A DNA stretch of 63,693 bases, filler included, from Octopus bimaculoides (Eukaryota): assembly GCF_001194135.2 (NCBI RefSeq). It is 9 parts of 9 records of this genome, joined end to end, with 100 filler letters (N's around TTAATTAATTAA, not from the genome) between each part and the next. Parts side by side here need not be neighbours in the genome. Positions count along the whole stretch, not along the records: positions 1 to 11,781 come from NC_068999.1; positions 11,882 to 16,573 come from NC_068983.1; 7 more parts are not named here. One strand, 5' to 3'. The notes beneath the pieces were generated by a model. It searched no databases and had not been told where the DNA came from. It saw only the letters and a list, made by a program, of their open reading frames with translations. Numbering within the stretch: position 1 is the stretch's first letter; each line of letters begins with the position of its first letter. Shown piece by piece: positions 1 through 12,749 of the stretch. A program made the translations under genes and the position numbers.

Positions 1-43
<43 letters not shown>

Positions 44-157
44 CAACCCACAAGCTTTTAGTCGGTCTGAGGCTATAGTAAAAGATATCTTTCCAAGGTA
101 TCTCGCAGTGGGATAGAACCAGGAAGCATGCGATTGGGAAGCAAACATCATACCACA
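44..157 (-). mobile_element. SINE family A, 5' head fragment (degenerate)
   Basis: Reverse complement aligns by eye with the family A head at 62316-62480. Confidence 0.7.
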
Positions 158-671
158 CTTATATAAAAGTCCGCGAGTTTTATGCATATCATATATGACG
201 CACTTTGCTTATTTAATGCCATATACGAAATTCTCAGCCCCCGAGTCAGTTTTGCAACTTTCAGCCAATGTATATATTATAGTGGAAACATGCTCCATCG
301 AATTTGAAAAAAATATATTTTGTGTGTGTGTATATATGTGAGTGTGCATGTGCATGTGTATTGTATCTATGTATGTATGCATGTATATATGTATATATAT
401 ATATGCCTGTGTATGTATATTTCTGTGTATACAGGCACTTACATATATGTGTGTATGTGTATATATAACAAGAACAACGAGAAGAAGAAGGATTACGGAA
501 ATAGGGGAAAAGACCAGGAGAAATAATGCTTCACTGATTATACTTATTATGGGCACCTCAATATTAAGAACCAGTCAGGCTTGAAACCACAAACCAGAAT
601 TAAATCTATGTTGCCGCTGGACTTATGAACGTCAAACTTGTGATAGCCTCGCCATACCCATTCTCCAATAC

Positions 672-812
672 CTCAACATAGTGTGAACGTCATCATTGTT
701 TTCGTCGTCATCGTCGTAGCTGTTAACGTCCATTCCATCTAGACCATCACCAGTGTCATTGTCGAGAACATCTTCTTTAATATCAAATATTGCACACAGT
801 AAATGTTTTTCT
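672..812 (-). CDS. Candidate internal coding exon, acidic (EKHLLCAIFDIKEDVLDNDTGDGLDGMDVNSYDDDDENNDDVHTMLR), product unknown
   Basis: Acceptor tttaacag| and donor ttgag|gtattg; 141 nt, phase 2-2, open frame. No homology recognised. Confidence 0.4.
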
Positions 813-1105
813 CTGTTAAATATATATTTCCTTTTTTTTTTTCGTCTTGCACTCTACACTCCTTATAAAATATATTTTTGCTCACAGACACATATTCGCA
901 TAAACATAAACTACACAGGACTATATGCTTAGAAACGTATATTCACAAATTTTCATACGTTCATAGAAAACATATATATATATATCTTTTCTTTTTATAA
1001 TGTAATTTCAATCAATTGACAACCTTTCCTCTCACACTGGATTCATTATAGTAGACTGCACTTTACTCTATATCTTTCATTAAAGATGTATCTGCAGTAA
1101 ATTGT

Positions 1106-1623
1106 CATGCGCAAGCGTGGCTGGGCGGTAAAAAGCTTGCTTTCCTACAACGTGGTTCCGGGTGCAGTCTCACTGCGTAGCAGCTTGGGCAAATGTCTTT
1201 TCTTATAGACTCAAGTCGACCAAAGCCCTGTGAGGGTATTTGGTAGATGGAAACAGAAAGAAGCCCATTATATATATATATATACACTTTTACTTGTATT
1301 AGTCATTTGACTGCGGCCATGCTGGAGCACCGCCTTTATAGTAGAGCAAATCGACCCCAGAATTTATTCTTTGTAAGCCTAGTACTTATTTCGTCGGCCT
1401 CTTTTGCTTAACCGCGAAGTTACGAGGATGCAAACAGACCACAACATCAGTTGTGAAGCGATGCTGGGGGGACAAACAGACACACAAACATATACACACA
1501 ATACACNNNNNNNNNNNNNNNNNNNNNNNNNNNNNNNNNNNNNNNNNNNNNNNNNNNNNNNNNNNNNNNNNNNNNNNNNNNNNNNNNNNNNNNNNNNNNN
1601 NNNNNNNNNNNNNNNNNNNNTAT

Positions 1624-1657
<34 letters not shown>

Positions 1658-1775
1658 ATGTCGATAAAATACGTACTTGACTTTATAAGATAAGCAAATA
1701 CTGGGCTCGATCCTTTCGGCTAAATCTCTTCTACTCAATGCTCCAGCATGTCACAGACCAAAGAACGAAACCTGT
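1106..1775 (+). mobile_element. SINE family A copy interrupted in its central (TA)n by an inverted family A 3' half (1288-1500)
   Basis: Plus-strand head 1106-1270, minus-strand tail 1288-1500, degenerate plus-strand tail about 1660-1775. Confidence 0.7.
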
Positions 1776-2526
1776 AAATGTTGATAAAATATTATAACGC
1801 TTTTATCTACTGTGCAGTAAATAGTAATCGAAAACTATAATTTGATACGAGAAATAACTTCAATTTCAAACCACCAAATTTACTTCTCTCAATCTGTCAA
1901 TCTCTCTAACTGTCTCTCTCTCTATCTTTTACGCTTTTCCCTTCTCTCTTTATGTTTATCACAGTCTCTCTCACTGTTTCTCTGTTTATGTATACATATA
2001 TATCATGCCTGTTGCTCTTCACCTATCTCTCGTGAAATGACATGTAAATGCTTTCATTTTGTTTTTAAAACTCAGTTGTCGAAATGTTTCGCTTTCATTT
2101 TGTGACAGACAACTATCAGGCAGTAAATGCTAGCTTCCAGATCCTGTTTTCTGATTGGGCAAAAACTATAAAACTTTAGACATCTGTAACAGATTCCTAA
2201 AATTTGTTTTTGGAATAAATAAATCACAAAATCTGATTCAGCGTGAATATTTACCTTAATATAAAAAACTTGAAAATGTTCACTTAATTTTAAAATTTCA
2301 AAATCTTTGACAACAACAAAAACGATCGCCACTCGGGTTGGTGGTTCATGCATCATAACGATTCATCAGTTCACAATTCCTTCCTTGTGGTCAACTACGT
2401 GACAGAGATGAGCATTAAAACTGTCACTTACACACGCTGTTGATTACACTTTGCCCCTTGTGACTTTTGACTGTCCCCACGTTGAAGGTAAAGACGAAAG
2501 AAGTTGTGACAAGTACCCTGACTTAC

Positions 2527-2573
2527 CTCAGTTTGGAAGACTTCTATGGGGCTTTCACGATGAGAATGAAGTG
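2527..2573 (-). CDS. Weak candidate micro-exon (xLHSHRESPIEVFQTE)
   Basis: Acceptor ttaattgctgtag| and strong donor gag|gtaagt; the frame is open. Confidence 0.2.
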
Positions 2574-3056
2574 CTACAGCAATTAAATTAAAATAAGGGG
2601 ATCCTATTCTGACGGAGACTAGTATTTTGTTCTTTTTTGATACCAATATCTCTTCAGAAAGTCCCAAAATTCGGGAATGCATCTTGTACTTAAATAATAC
2701 CCAACATACTCTATCTTCCATGTCCATATTTAAATACAAGTATATTTAGATTCAAGAGGAGTCTTCTTTGTTTTTGCTCAGATCGAATAACGGTAAGCTT
2801 CACGAATTTATGTTCTCATTAGCAACGTATGTTCGCATAATTAAATATTTCAGCTCACTGCACCATCTTGCATTGTATTGAACTCTCATGTGCTTGCTTT
2901 TGTGTGTCTGTGTGCGGGAACACATACGTGCATACACACACACACACAGACACATACACACACACACAGAGACACAGACACACACAAAGAGACACAGACA
3001 CACACACAAATATGTATTTATGTATCATTTTCTGTCTGTCCGTCTGTCTGTCCGTC

Positions 3057-3095
<39 letters not shown>

Positions 3096-4904
3096 GTGTG
3101 TATCTCCTTTTCTCTCTTCCACCTTGCAACTTCCTTTCTGTTGTGAAGTCACGAAAAATATTTTTTTAAACTGAAATATCGAGCNNNNNNNNNNNNNNNN
3201 NNNNNNNNNNNNNNNNNNNNNNNNNNNNNNNNNNNNNNNNNNNNNNNNNNNNNNNNNNNNNNNNNNNNNNNNNNNNNNNNNNNNNNNNNNNNNNNNNNNN
3301 NNNNNNNNNNNNNNNNNNNNNNNNNNNNNNNNNNNNNNNNNNNNNNNNNNNNNNNNNNNNNNNNNNNNATATACATATATATACAAATACACACGTATAT
3401 GTACATAATTTTGTCTGTACACACACACACAGCTACAAACAAACACACACCAATATATATGCATAAATATGCATACACAAATACATGTATTCCATCGCAT
3501 CATCATACGAATATCTAGAAATGCGTGATTGCTCCTCTCTCCATTTTAAACGATGATATTAAAAATATATTTGAAGATTTCCTCTTCTAGATTACCATAT
3601 TTTTTTTTTTCAAACTTATTTTTACTTTCCACATTTACACTGCTCTAAGGTAATATATCGTTATACTTCAACATGAAGTATAAACACCACTTTATCAGAA
3701 TTGTCTGCCTGCTGGCCGCTATTCTCTCCGTATTTCTGTAAACATGGAAAACTTTTAAACACCGGTTTATCCTCCAACCTATTTCTGCAATTTTGCTCAC
3801 TTTTCTTTTTACATCTTTTTTTGTTCTATTATTTCGTATTTTTTTTTTTTCCGTCGATCGGTTTTTCAGTTCTTACTTTCTCTTCGTCTTGTAGTTCCAT
3901 TTCTAGATTTTAATTTTATGTTTTATTTGGAAACCATTTTTTTTTCTTTTTTTTTTTTTCTTCCATGCAAATGTTGTTAGCTCCCGGGATTGGCATCGTT
4001 CATGTTCACGTACCATTTCTTCCTACTTACTAAGTGATAAATAAACTTTATTTTCTCCTGCTTCCTCTACTTCATCACCTTTTACTTTTTTCGTCATCTT
4101 TATTGTAAAATTTGCCAAACCTGACATTTCAATATTCTGTTGTTTAGTTAGTTTATCGACTCCACTATGTATTCAATTTTTTAAATTTTTGAAAATAACA
4201 TTTATTTATTTACTTATTATTCCTTTGTTTATTTGTGGTGCTCATGTTTAGTTCGAGTGGGTGTGCGATTAAAAATCATGATCATCTTGACAGATAGTCT
4301 ATTTATCACTAAAATAATCATATATTATACAATTTTGCCCGTTTAGTATTCAGAACCGCTCACGACAGGCTCTCATCTAGCGATTCTCATTTTCTTACCT
4401 TATAGCCCACTTCCGGTTAGGGTGCGAATCAATGCAATATGATACTCACCACCTACCATCTCAAAGAAATTCTAGAAACTCCTGCTTTTGTATTTTTCTT
4501 CTACAAGTACACACACTCACACACACGCACACACGCACACACGCACACTCATATATATATATATATATACACACACACAGACCTTTATAGTTAGGCAGAA
4601 ATTGACGATGAGTATTTCAGTTTTTAAACGCTTATAACTACCAACTCTTGGATAATGTCTACTGAGAGTGGATGCCACCATCAAAAAGATATGCAGTAAT
4701 TATCCTGAACATACAAGACATCGAAACTCGTTCTGCAAAGCAAAGAAAAAAAAATATCGGTTCACTAACTACAGTCCACTTTATCTGATTTTCATAATTC
4801 TCCTTAACCAGTTTCACTCGCAATCTTTGGCCAAGTAGCAGTTATTTTGAAGACAATCGTCGTATATTTTATAAGAATAATAATGCTTTCAAACAATTTA
4901 GTTC

Positions 4905-5045
4905 AAATTCTGCCGAGGTCGACTATGCCTTTCATCCTTTCGGGGTCGATAAATTAAGTACCAGGTTAAGTACTGAGGTTAATCTAATCCATTGGCCCTC
5001 TTTCCCTAAATATTTTGGGCCTTGTGCCTAGAAGAGAAAAGAATT
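4905..5045 (+). mobile_element. SINE family B, 5'-truncated
   Basis: B-box GTTCAAATT followed by the family core ccgaggtcgactatgcctttcatcctttcggggtcgataaattaagtacc. Confidence 0.8.
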
Positions 5046-6189
5046 TAGAAAGTATATATTTCAAATGATTCGATATTTTTACTATGACATATGGTTGAAT
5101 TTCACATCACATATACTATCAATCTCCTAATGAAAATTAATAATAAAATAGATAAACAAATATTTAAGACAAAAGCATTGTTGTGTTTCTCAAATACGTC
5201 GTTTTCGGTTCAGTCCTGGCATACTCTGCACTGGAGATGTCTTTTCTACTGTATCCCCAGGAATTTGTAGATAGACACTGTACGGAAGCCCATCGTGTAT
5301 ATATATATATATATATATATTCATTATGCATGTGAAGGACTGTTTTCTGCTTGTTCCCGAACTCTCAACAACTGATAAGTGTTTTCTTACGTCCTCGTAA
5401 CTTAGAGCTTTCGATAAAATAAGCTCAAAAATCGATAAAATAATAAAATATGCAGGAGCGTTGATTTGACAAGATCTTTGAAAATGGCACCATACCCCGG
5501 ACACTGATAAATGATTGAAACGAGAGGTGATAAAAGAATTATAGGGTAACGATATAAATAAACAAATTTCGTTTTCTTTTTTGTTCCAAATTGTGGAACT
5601 TCTACAATAAACACAGCGATTAAAACAAATTCTAACTACCATTCAATTTTTGAAGAACACACATATCATGTATTCCTGTCGATTTCATCGACTAACCCTC
5701 CCCTCATAACTGGTCCTGTGCCTAATGTAAAAATCAATAACAAAATTTTGAGTAAAATGTAAGAACCTGCGAAGCCGAAATTGCAAAACTTCTTCAAACA
5801 TAAGTTCGCGACATATTTCCCTGCATGTCACTGAGTGCTAATCGCCTTTGCCAAAATGTAGAGCTTTGATACAAATCAAAGAAACCGTGTGTTATTCGTT
5901 CTGATTTTTCCGAATCCATACGTACACGGCAGTGAAGTTGCGCAGACTCGAATCGAAAGGAGGTTGGAATGAAATTGTATATAATTTAGATAGATCTTCA
6001 AACAATTGAAATACAAAAGCTTTGTGTGAAAAATAATGATTATAAAAGAAAAGATGAAATGAAATATTATAAAACTATTCATGATATTAATATAAAATTT
6101 GTGAAGAAAGTAAATTTTAATAGAATTTCATAAATTATATCTCTAGGCATGATATAAAAAAAAAAATGGAAAATGGAAAATAAAATGAA

Positions 6190-6500
6190 GAAAAGATCTT
6201 CTCTCTTGAAAACCCGGGAAAACGCAGCAAGAGACCGTGCTTGGCTTGAAGAACCTTTCGTTGGCATTACAAAAGTTATGATCACGCATATTCAGATTTC
6301 CGTGTTCAATTGCGGAAACAGAGACAACTGAATTGACACGCCCTTTTTGTATCATCGCCGTCAAAAACCGCTGCGACTGGCGGACGTCACGCCCGTCTTC
6401 TTACAATTCACACAGGACCTGGCGATACCGCGAAAGAATCCGGTACCCTCAGAAAAGACGATTACCCTACGTGTATCAGGTAGTAAGTAGTCGGGTGTTG
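6190..6500. promoter_or_regulatory. CpG-rich, GC-elevated island; possible promoter or first exon
   Basis: Visibly many CpGs against an AT-rich background, a GACGTCA (CRE-like) site, and non-repetitive sequence. Confidence 0.3.
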
Positions 6501-6811
6501 TTGGTCGTGATAGTGGGAATTATGGCTCTGGTGGTGGTGGTAGTTGTGGTATTTTTGTTAAGTGTTCACATGAAGAAAGAAAAGAAAACATTGTCATGCG
6601 ATAGTCCCTCAGGAGTTGTTCCTATTTTTGTTACTTGAAAGCGTTTCCGATCTGACCCTGGACGGGAATCTCTGGTAATCTGAGTTAAGGTGCAATAAGT
6701 ATTTCAATACATGAATGATTTGCATATACCAGTCCTTTACCGTATTAGAGATGCATGAATACCTCGCAATAGCATTCAATTATTTAAGTCTCCAGCTTAT
6801 GTGTGAGAATG

Positions 6812-6845
<34 letters not shown>

Positions 6846-7000
6846 CTCGAAATGGGGAGTAGATAGACAGCCGAAAACTGATGAAGGGTCATTCTTTGTA
6901 TTACTTGTTCCTTTCTTCTCTCGTTATTTGCGTATTTAACTACTAATTTGTTTTAGTATTTCATGTTGTTTACTGTTGGTGACATCTTGTACACATATGA

Positions 7001-7041
<41 letters not shown>

Positions 7042-7525
7042 NNNNNNNNNNNNNNNNNNNNNNNNNNNNNNNNNNNNNNNNNNNNNNNNNNNNNNNNNNN
7101 NNNNNNNNNNNNNNNNNNNNNNNNNNNNNNNNNNNNNNNNNNNNNNNNNNNNNNNNNNNNNNNNNNNNNNNNNNNNNNNNNNNNNNNNNNNNNNNNNNNN
7201 NNNNNNNNNNNNNNNNNNNNNNNNNNNNNNNNNNNNNNNNNNNNNNNNNNNNNNNNNNNNNNNNNNNNNNNNNNNNNNNNNNNNNNNNNNNNNNNNNNNN
7301 NNNNNNNNNNNNNNNNNNNNNNNNNNNNNNNNNNNNNNNNNNNNNNNNNNNNNNNNNNNNNNNNNNNNNNNNNNNNNNNNNNNNNNNNNNNNNNNNNNNN
7401 NNNNNNNNNNNNNNNNNNNNNNNNNNNNNNNNNNNNNNNNNNNNNNNNNNNNNNNNNNNNNNNNNNNNNNNNNNNNNNNNNNNNNNNNNNNNNNNNNNNN
7501 NNNNNNNNNNNNNNNNNNNNNNNNN

Positions 7526-7564
<39 letters not shown>

Positions 7565-8129
7565 AATATACAAATAGAACATAAATTGCAAACTGTTGTT
7601 TTTATCTACACTACAGTTTCCTCCTTACTGCAGCCCACCCTAAGAATGAATAGCGCTCCGTCCAGGAAGTAGTGCTGTAATCTCAGTTACTAAATATCCC
7701 ATGGAGACTGAGCTAAGTTCTGACATTATGAGATCTACTTTCCATTGTAGATATAGGTCCTAAATCCTCTCGGTTCTGCGACCGTCCCTTAGTGATTTCC
7801 TTGACAAGCACTCTATATTTGTCATGGAATTTTCGATTTGGGAGCTAAAATCTTTTTTCCTTTTAGCTTCGTATAGAAATTTACCTTGGTTCATTCAGGA
7901 AGTAAAAGGCAAAAATAGATTCTGGAAAGTATATTCGTTTCCATTGCATGAACGATTCCTCAAATCTCCTGCCCTAGACTGGAATCATATTGTTATCAAG
8001 GCGCTGGCATGGTTTTGTGATTAAGTGACTTACTTTGTAATCACGTAGTTTAGGGTTCAGTTCGACAGTGCGGCACCTTTGGATTAACAAATTCTTTGCG
8101 AGTGAATATGGAGCATGGAAACACTATGG

Positions 8130-8350
8130 AAGCGGATACGCATGGCTTATTGGTTAGGGTGTCAGAATCTTGGTCGTAAGATTGTGGTTTCGATTCCTGG
8201 ACCGGGCGGTGCGTTGTTACCTTGAACATAACACTTCATTTTCCCTTGCACCAGTCCACTCAGCTGAGAGAGAGTGTTATCTCTCCAGGGGGAATATATT
8301 CTCCACAGAAACAGGGAGAACGGCCTTATGATGCTGTATGACTTGGGAAG
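8130..8350 (+). mobile_element. tRNA-derived SINE family C (Meta-domain-like body)
   Basis: A-box-like tggcttattgg and B-box gtttcgattcc, then cttgaacataacacttcatttt...ccagtccactcagctg. Homologous to 36375-36710. Nested inside a decayed family A copy (about 7995-8600). Confidence 0.65.
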
Positions 8351-9994
8351 GAACTTTATAATTTAAACTGTATGGAAGTTTGTTGTATACACACGTATGT
8401 GTGTATTTGTGTGTCTGTGTATGTGGGTGTGTTTCTGTGTGTGTATGTCTTTGCATCTTAGCTTGTGATTGTCAACTGGTGTTGGTTTGTTGACGTTCCT
8501 GTCATCCGCTGCTTCAACAGAATAGTCCGATAGAACAAGTACCGGACGATTTACTCGATTAAAACCCTCCGCGGTTGGGTTTCAGCATAGCCTCTGTTTA
8601 AAGTGTATAGTAATTAAAAGAAATCTGCAAATAATGAAATACACAATTATCCTCTTTAGGATTTGAACTGCAAAGGTACAGAACCGGATAAAAATAATAT
8701 ATATAACTCAATGACACTTTGTCTGACTCTTAAGCAATTCTATTACTTCGATTTCTGTACCAGAAACGTACTTTACGATATCGATCCTAGAAAGATAAAA
8801 GATAAATTTGACCACGTCGCGTTATGAATTCAAAATAATAACCAATAATTTCTTTATATTATCTAACCGGTAAACAAAAAAAAAAGTTGAAATGAAATAT
8901 AACAAGAGTATAGAAATCAATGAATTTATCCTATTTTTTCTCTTTCTATTATATATTTTTTAATTTTATATAAGATTCAATGCCAACACTTTATCCATTA
9001 TTGCTATTTCGCTTCCATAATTCTACAGAGATCGCTAACTGTTTGTAAAATGCAGAGAATGCCAAAATCCGATGAGTTTAGATCCAAGAAAGANNNNNNN
9101 NNNNNNNNNNNNNNNNNNNNNNNNNNNNNNNNNNNNNNNNNNNNNNNNNNNNNNNNNNNNNNNNNNNNNNNNNNNNNNNNNNNNNNNNNNNNNNNNNNNN
9201 NNNNNNNNNNNNNNNNNNNNNNNNNNNNNNNNNNNNNNNNNNNNNNNNNNNNNNNNNNNNNNNNNNNNNNNNNNNNNNNNNNNNNNNNNNNNNNNNNNNN
9301 NNNNNNNNNNNNNNNNNNNNNNNNNNNNNNNNNNNNNNNNNNNNNNNNNNNNNNNNNNNNNNNNNNNNNNNNNNNNNNNNNNNNNNNNNNNNNNNNNNNN
9401 NNNNNNNNNNNNNNNNNNNNNNNNNNNNNNNNNNNNNNNNNNNNNNNNNNNNNNNNNNNNNNNNNNNNNNNNNNNNNNNNNNNNNNNNNNNNNNNNNNNN
9501 NNNNNNNNNNNNNNNNNNNNNNNNNNNNNNNNNNNNNNNNNNNNNNNNNNNNNNNNNNNNNNNNNNNNNNNNNNNNNNNNNNNNNNNNNNNNNNNNNNNN
9601 NNNNNNNNNNNNNNNNNNNNNNNNNNNNNNNNNNNNNNNNNNNNNNNNNNNNNNNNNNNNNNNNNNNNNNNNNNNNNNNNNNNNNNNNNNNNNNNNNNNN
9701 NNNNNNNNNNNNNNNNNNNNNNNNNNNNNNNNNNNNNNNNNNNNNNNNNNNNNNNNNNNNNNNNNNNNNNNNNNNNNNNNNNNNNNNNNNNNNNNNNNNN
9801 NNNNNNNNNNNNNNNNNNNNNNNNNNNNNNNNNNNNNNNNNNNNNNNNNNNNNNNNNNNNNNNNNNNNNNNNNNNNNNNNNNNNNNNNNNNNNNNNNNNN
9901 NNNNNNNNNNNNNNNNNNNNNNNNNNNNNNNNNNNNNNNNNNNNNNNNNNNNNNNNNNNNNNNNNNNNNNNNNNNNNNNNNNNNNNNNNNNNNN

Positions 9995-10036
<42 letters not shown>

Positions 10037-10059
10037 ATTGTGTGCTATATATAAGAGGA

Positions 10060-10445
10060 GCAGATATGGCTATGTGCTTAAGAAGATCGATATCTCTCTA
10101 CGCGGTATTTCGGGCAACAGTCTTCTACTCAAGCATTGAGTCGACTAATGCCGTGACTCAGATGGACGGAAACTGTGTGGAAGACGTACGTATACATATA
10201 TCCACGTCTGTATAACTTTATGGCTGTGTTTTCGGGGGTTTCTTTTTTTTCTTTTTGGCGATCCACCCTTAGATACTCGGTGCTGTTGCGTCCCCGTAAC
10301 TTCACGATTCAGCAAACGCGACCGATAGAATAAGTACAAACTTAAACAGGGAAAATAAGTACAAGGATCAGCTTTTTCGACAAAAACACTTCTAGTCTGT
10401 GCTTCCCAATCCCACCCCAACATGGCTGCTGTTCTGTTACTGAAA
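10060..10445 (+). mobile_element. SINE family A, degenerate
   Basis: Recognisable head, central microsatellite and 3' motif ccgatagaataagtac...catggc. Confidence 0.65.
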
Positions 10446-11154
10446 CAATTAACTTCTTAACATTATCTCGTGTATTTTCGTTCAGAGATGTCTAGTAAAT
10501 AAATATTTGAACGAAAATAAACGTTCACAGTACTCTGAGATATCTGTCACTTACTTCTAACCGGAAGTAATTCGTTCATGATGTTATTCTCGTTTTCTAT
10601 CATTATCTATCAGCAACTATAATTTCTATCAGTAACCTCATAATAAATCATAACTCATCCAAAATGATTTGTGAACTTATTCTTCCTTATATAGAGATTC
10701 AAAATAAATGATAAAAATATATATTTCCTGCAAGGAAATTGAAAAATAAAGTGTATATGTCAAAGCGGTGTTCTAGCATGGCCGCAGTCAAATAACTGAA
10801 ACAAATGAAAGAATAAAAGAACTTTAAGAGGTAAAATGATAGAGTTGAAAGGTAAAGGTTTGACCACAGCTTGGCACTGAGATACATCATGATAGATTCA
10901 AGCCGATAAGAAGCAACGCCTGCGTTGACTTTAACAAGATCAACAACTACAACGCTAATGTCGTATATGTATTTCCAATTATTATGATATCTCTGCAACG
11001 ATGTAATTATTCCAGAACCAACACACGACCTCAGATCAAATCACTTGCCATACAAGTGCAAATGCAGAATAAATACCTCAATAACACCAGAAGAAAAACA
11101 AATTATTATTGGTTTACGTCTATAAAGAGACAATTGTGCAAAAAAAGAATAAAC

Positions 11155-11228
<74 letters not shown>

Positions 11229-11825
11229 AAGTAAGAATAATAGAGAGATAAAGAAATTAAGAAAACATGAAATAAAATGAGATTGAAGAAGACAAAATTT
11301 CGTGTTCTGAATGACACGTTTGAAATAAAAGCTGTTCCGGAAGTGCATAATGATATATGCTCTACCACATATATGGGCTAACAGATTCAGTTATATACTG
11401 AGTAAATAAACATAGTGAAAGACGTGCGTGAGGGTGTCACAGAAACAAGTTAAAGAAACGGTATATATCAAAGAGAGAAGGAGAGAGAGAGAGTGGAGGG
11501 AAAAAACAAACAGAAACGAACAGTAAGAGTGAGTGACTTAGTGAGAAAGAGAGAGAGACAGAAAAATGTGTGGGGATGGATGTCTGTGTGGATGAATGAA
11601 TAAATACAAATTATGTGGTGTCTCGTACATCAAAAGATAATACAGGAGGAATGAGCTATTCACATACATACACAGCGATGTGTGGAACTGTGTGGTGCCC
11701 TCAGTGTACTACTAAGTACGTGTTTCTGGTTATATATACAAGTATACATATCTGTACATGTATTGTTATATATATATATATNNNNNNNNNNNNNNNNNNN
11801 NNNNNNNNNNNNNNNNNNNNNNNNN

Positions 11826-11837
11826 TTAATTAATTAA
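11826..11837. other. Assembly linker TTAATTAATTAA
   Basis: Palindromic 12-mer with stops in all six frames, flanked by N runs. Confidence 0.9.
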
Positions 11838-11881
11838 NNNNNNNNNNNNNNNNNNNNNNNNNNNNNNNNNNNNNNNNNNNN

Positions 11882-11928
<47 letters not shown>

Positions 11929-12402
11929 TCTTCCCTACATAATAGACTTATATTTTTTTTCAGTTAATGGACTGCGAACATGCTAAAGCACCACCATGAA
12001 GGCATTAGTTTAGTACTCATTTTTTAGTTTGAAACTTTTTTGTGTACCAAAGCATTAAATTAAATGGATGTAAACAAACCTATGTAGGATGTCAAGAAGC
12101 AAGACATAAATGAAAATACGCATTCATACACACAAATACATAAGCACATGTACACATATACATATACACGTGATGGTCTTCTGAAATGTTTCTGTTGACT
12201 GAATTTACTCAATAATCATTGCATAACTAGGGGCTATAGGCAAATGTTCTAGCTAAAGGAGGCACAGAGAGGGCCTGAACTAATAACCATGTTGTAGCAA
12301 ATAGAATTTCTTAACCACACAATCATGCATGTATCAACGTACATATTGGGAATGTGTTTCCCCACCCACCCATGCACCTACAATGATGACGATGATTATA
12401 TA

Positions 12403-12436
<34 letters not shown>

Positions 12437-12446
12437 NNNNNNNNNN

Positions 12447-12488
<42 letters not shown>

Positions 12489-12650
12489 AATATATGACAT
12501 GCAAGAAAAAGTCAAATCCCCACTACCTCTTGAAAGTCATCTCAAAAACATTATACCCATAACACTGACAAGAACAGCGATACCACTGACAATTGATGAT
12601 AATGATGATGAAGAGGAAAATGTTATAATCGTCAAAAGTGAAATCCTTAC

Positions 12651-12749
12651 TGTAATGTTGAGGGCCACAAAAGAGACCAGACTGTAGTCCTCTATGATGC
12701 CAACCATGGCAGCGTTCATTTTCTTGTATTTTCTGAAGATCTCATCATC
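12651..12749 (-). CDS. GPN2: GPN-loop GTPase 2, single internal exon (DDEIFRKYKKMNAAMVGIIEDYSLVSFVALNIT)
   Basis: Polypyrimidine acceptor ttttctctctttcag| and donor aca|gtaagg; 99 nt, phase 0-0. The peptide matches the GPN2 motif IEDYSLVSF.xLNI as I recall it; GPN3 has DDYSMVRF there. Confidence 0.9.

Noticed and set aside
2782-2792. Plus-strand 11-nt micro-exon (tttgctcag|atcgaataacg|gtaagc)
   Set aside because: The splice signals are good, but there are no supported flanking plus-strand exons. It cannot be distinguished from chance.
5190-5642. 150-aa minus-strand ORF
   Set aside because: The C-terminal third is SINE and microsatellite, no domain is recognised, and candidate splice phases do not join the neighbouring candidates.
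6185-6490. Selenoprotein or readthrough ORF with in-frame TGA at 6329
   Set aside because: There is no recognisable selenoprotein motif or SECIS, and long frames are expected in GC-richer sequence.
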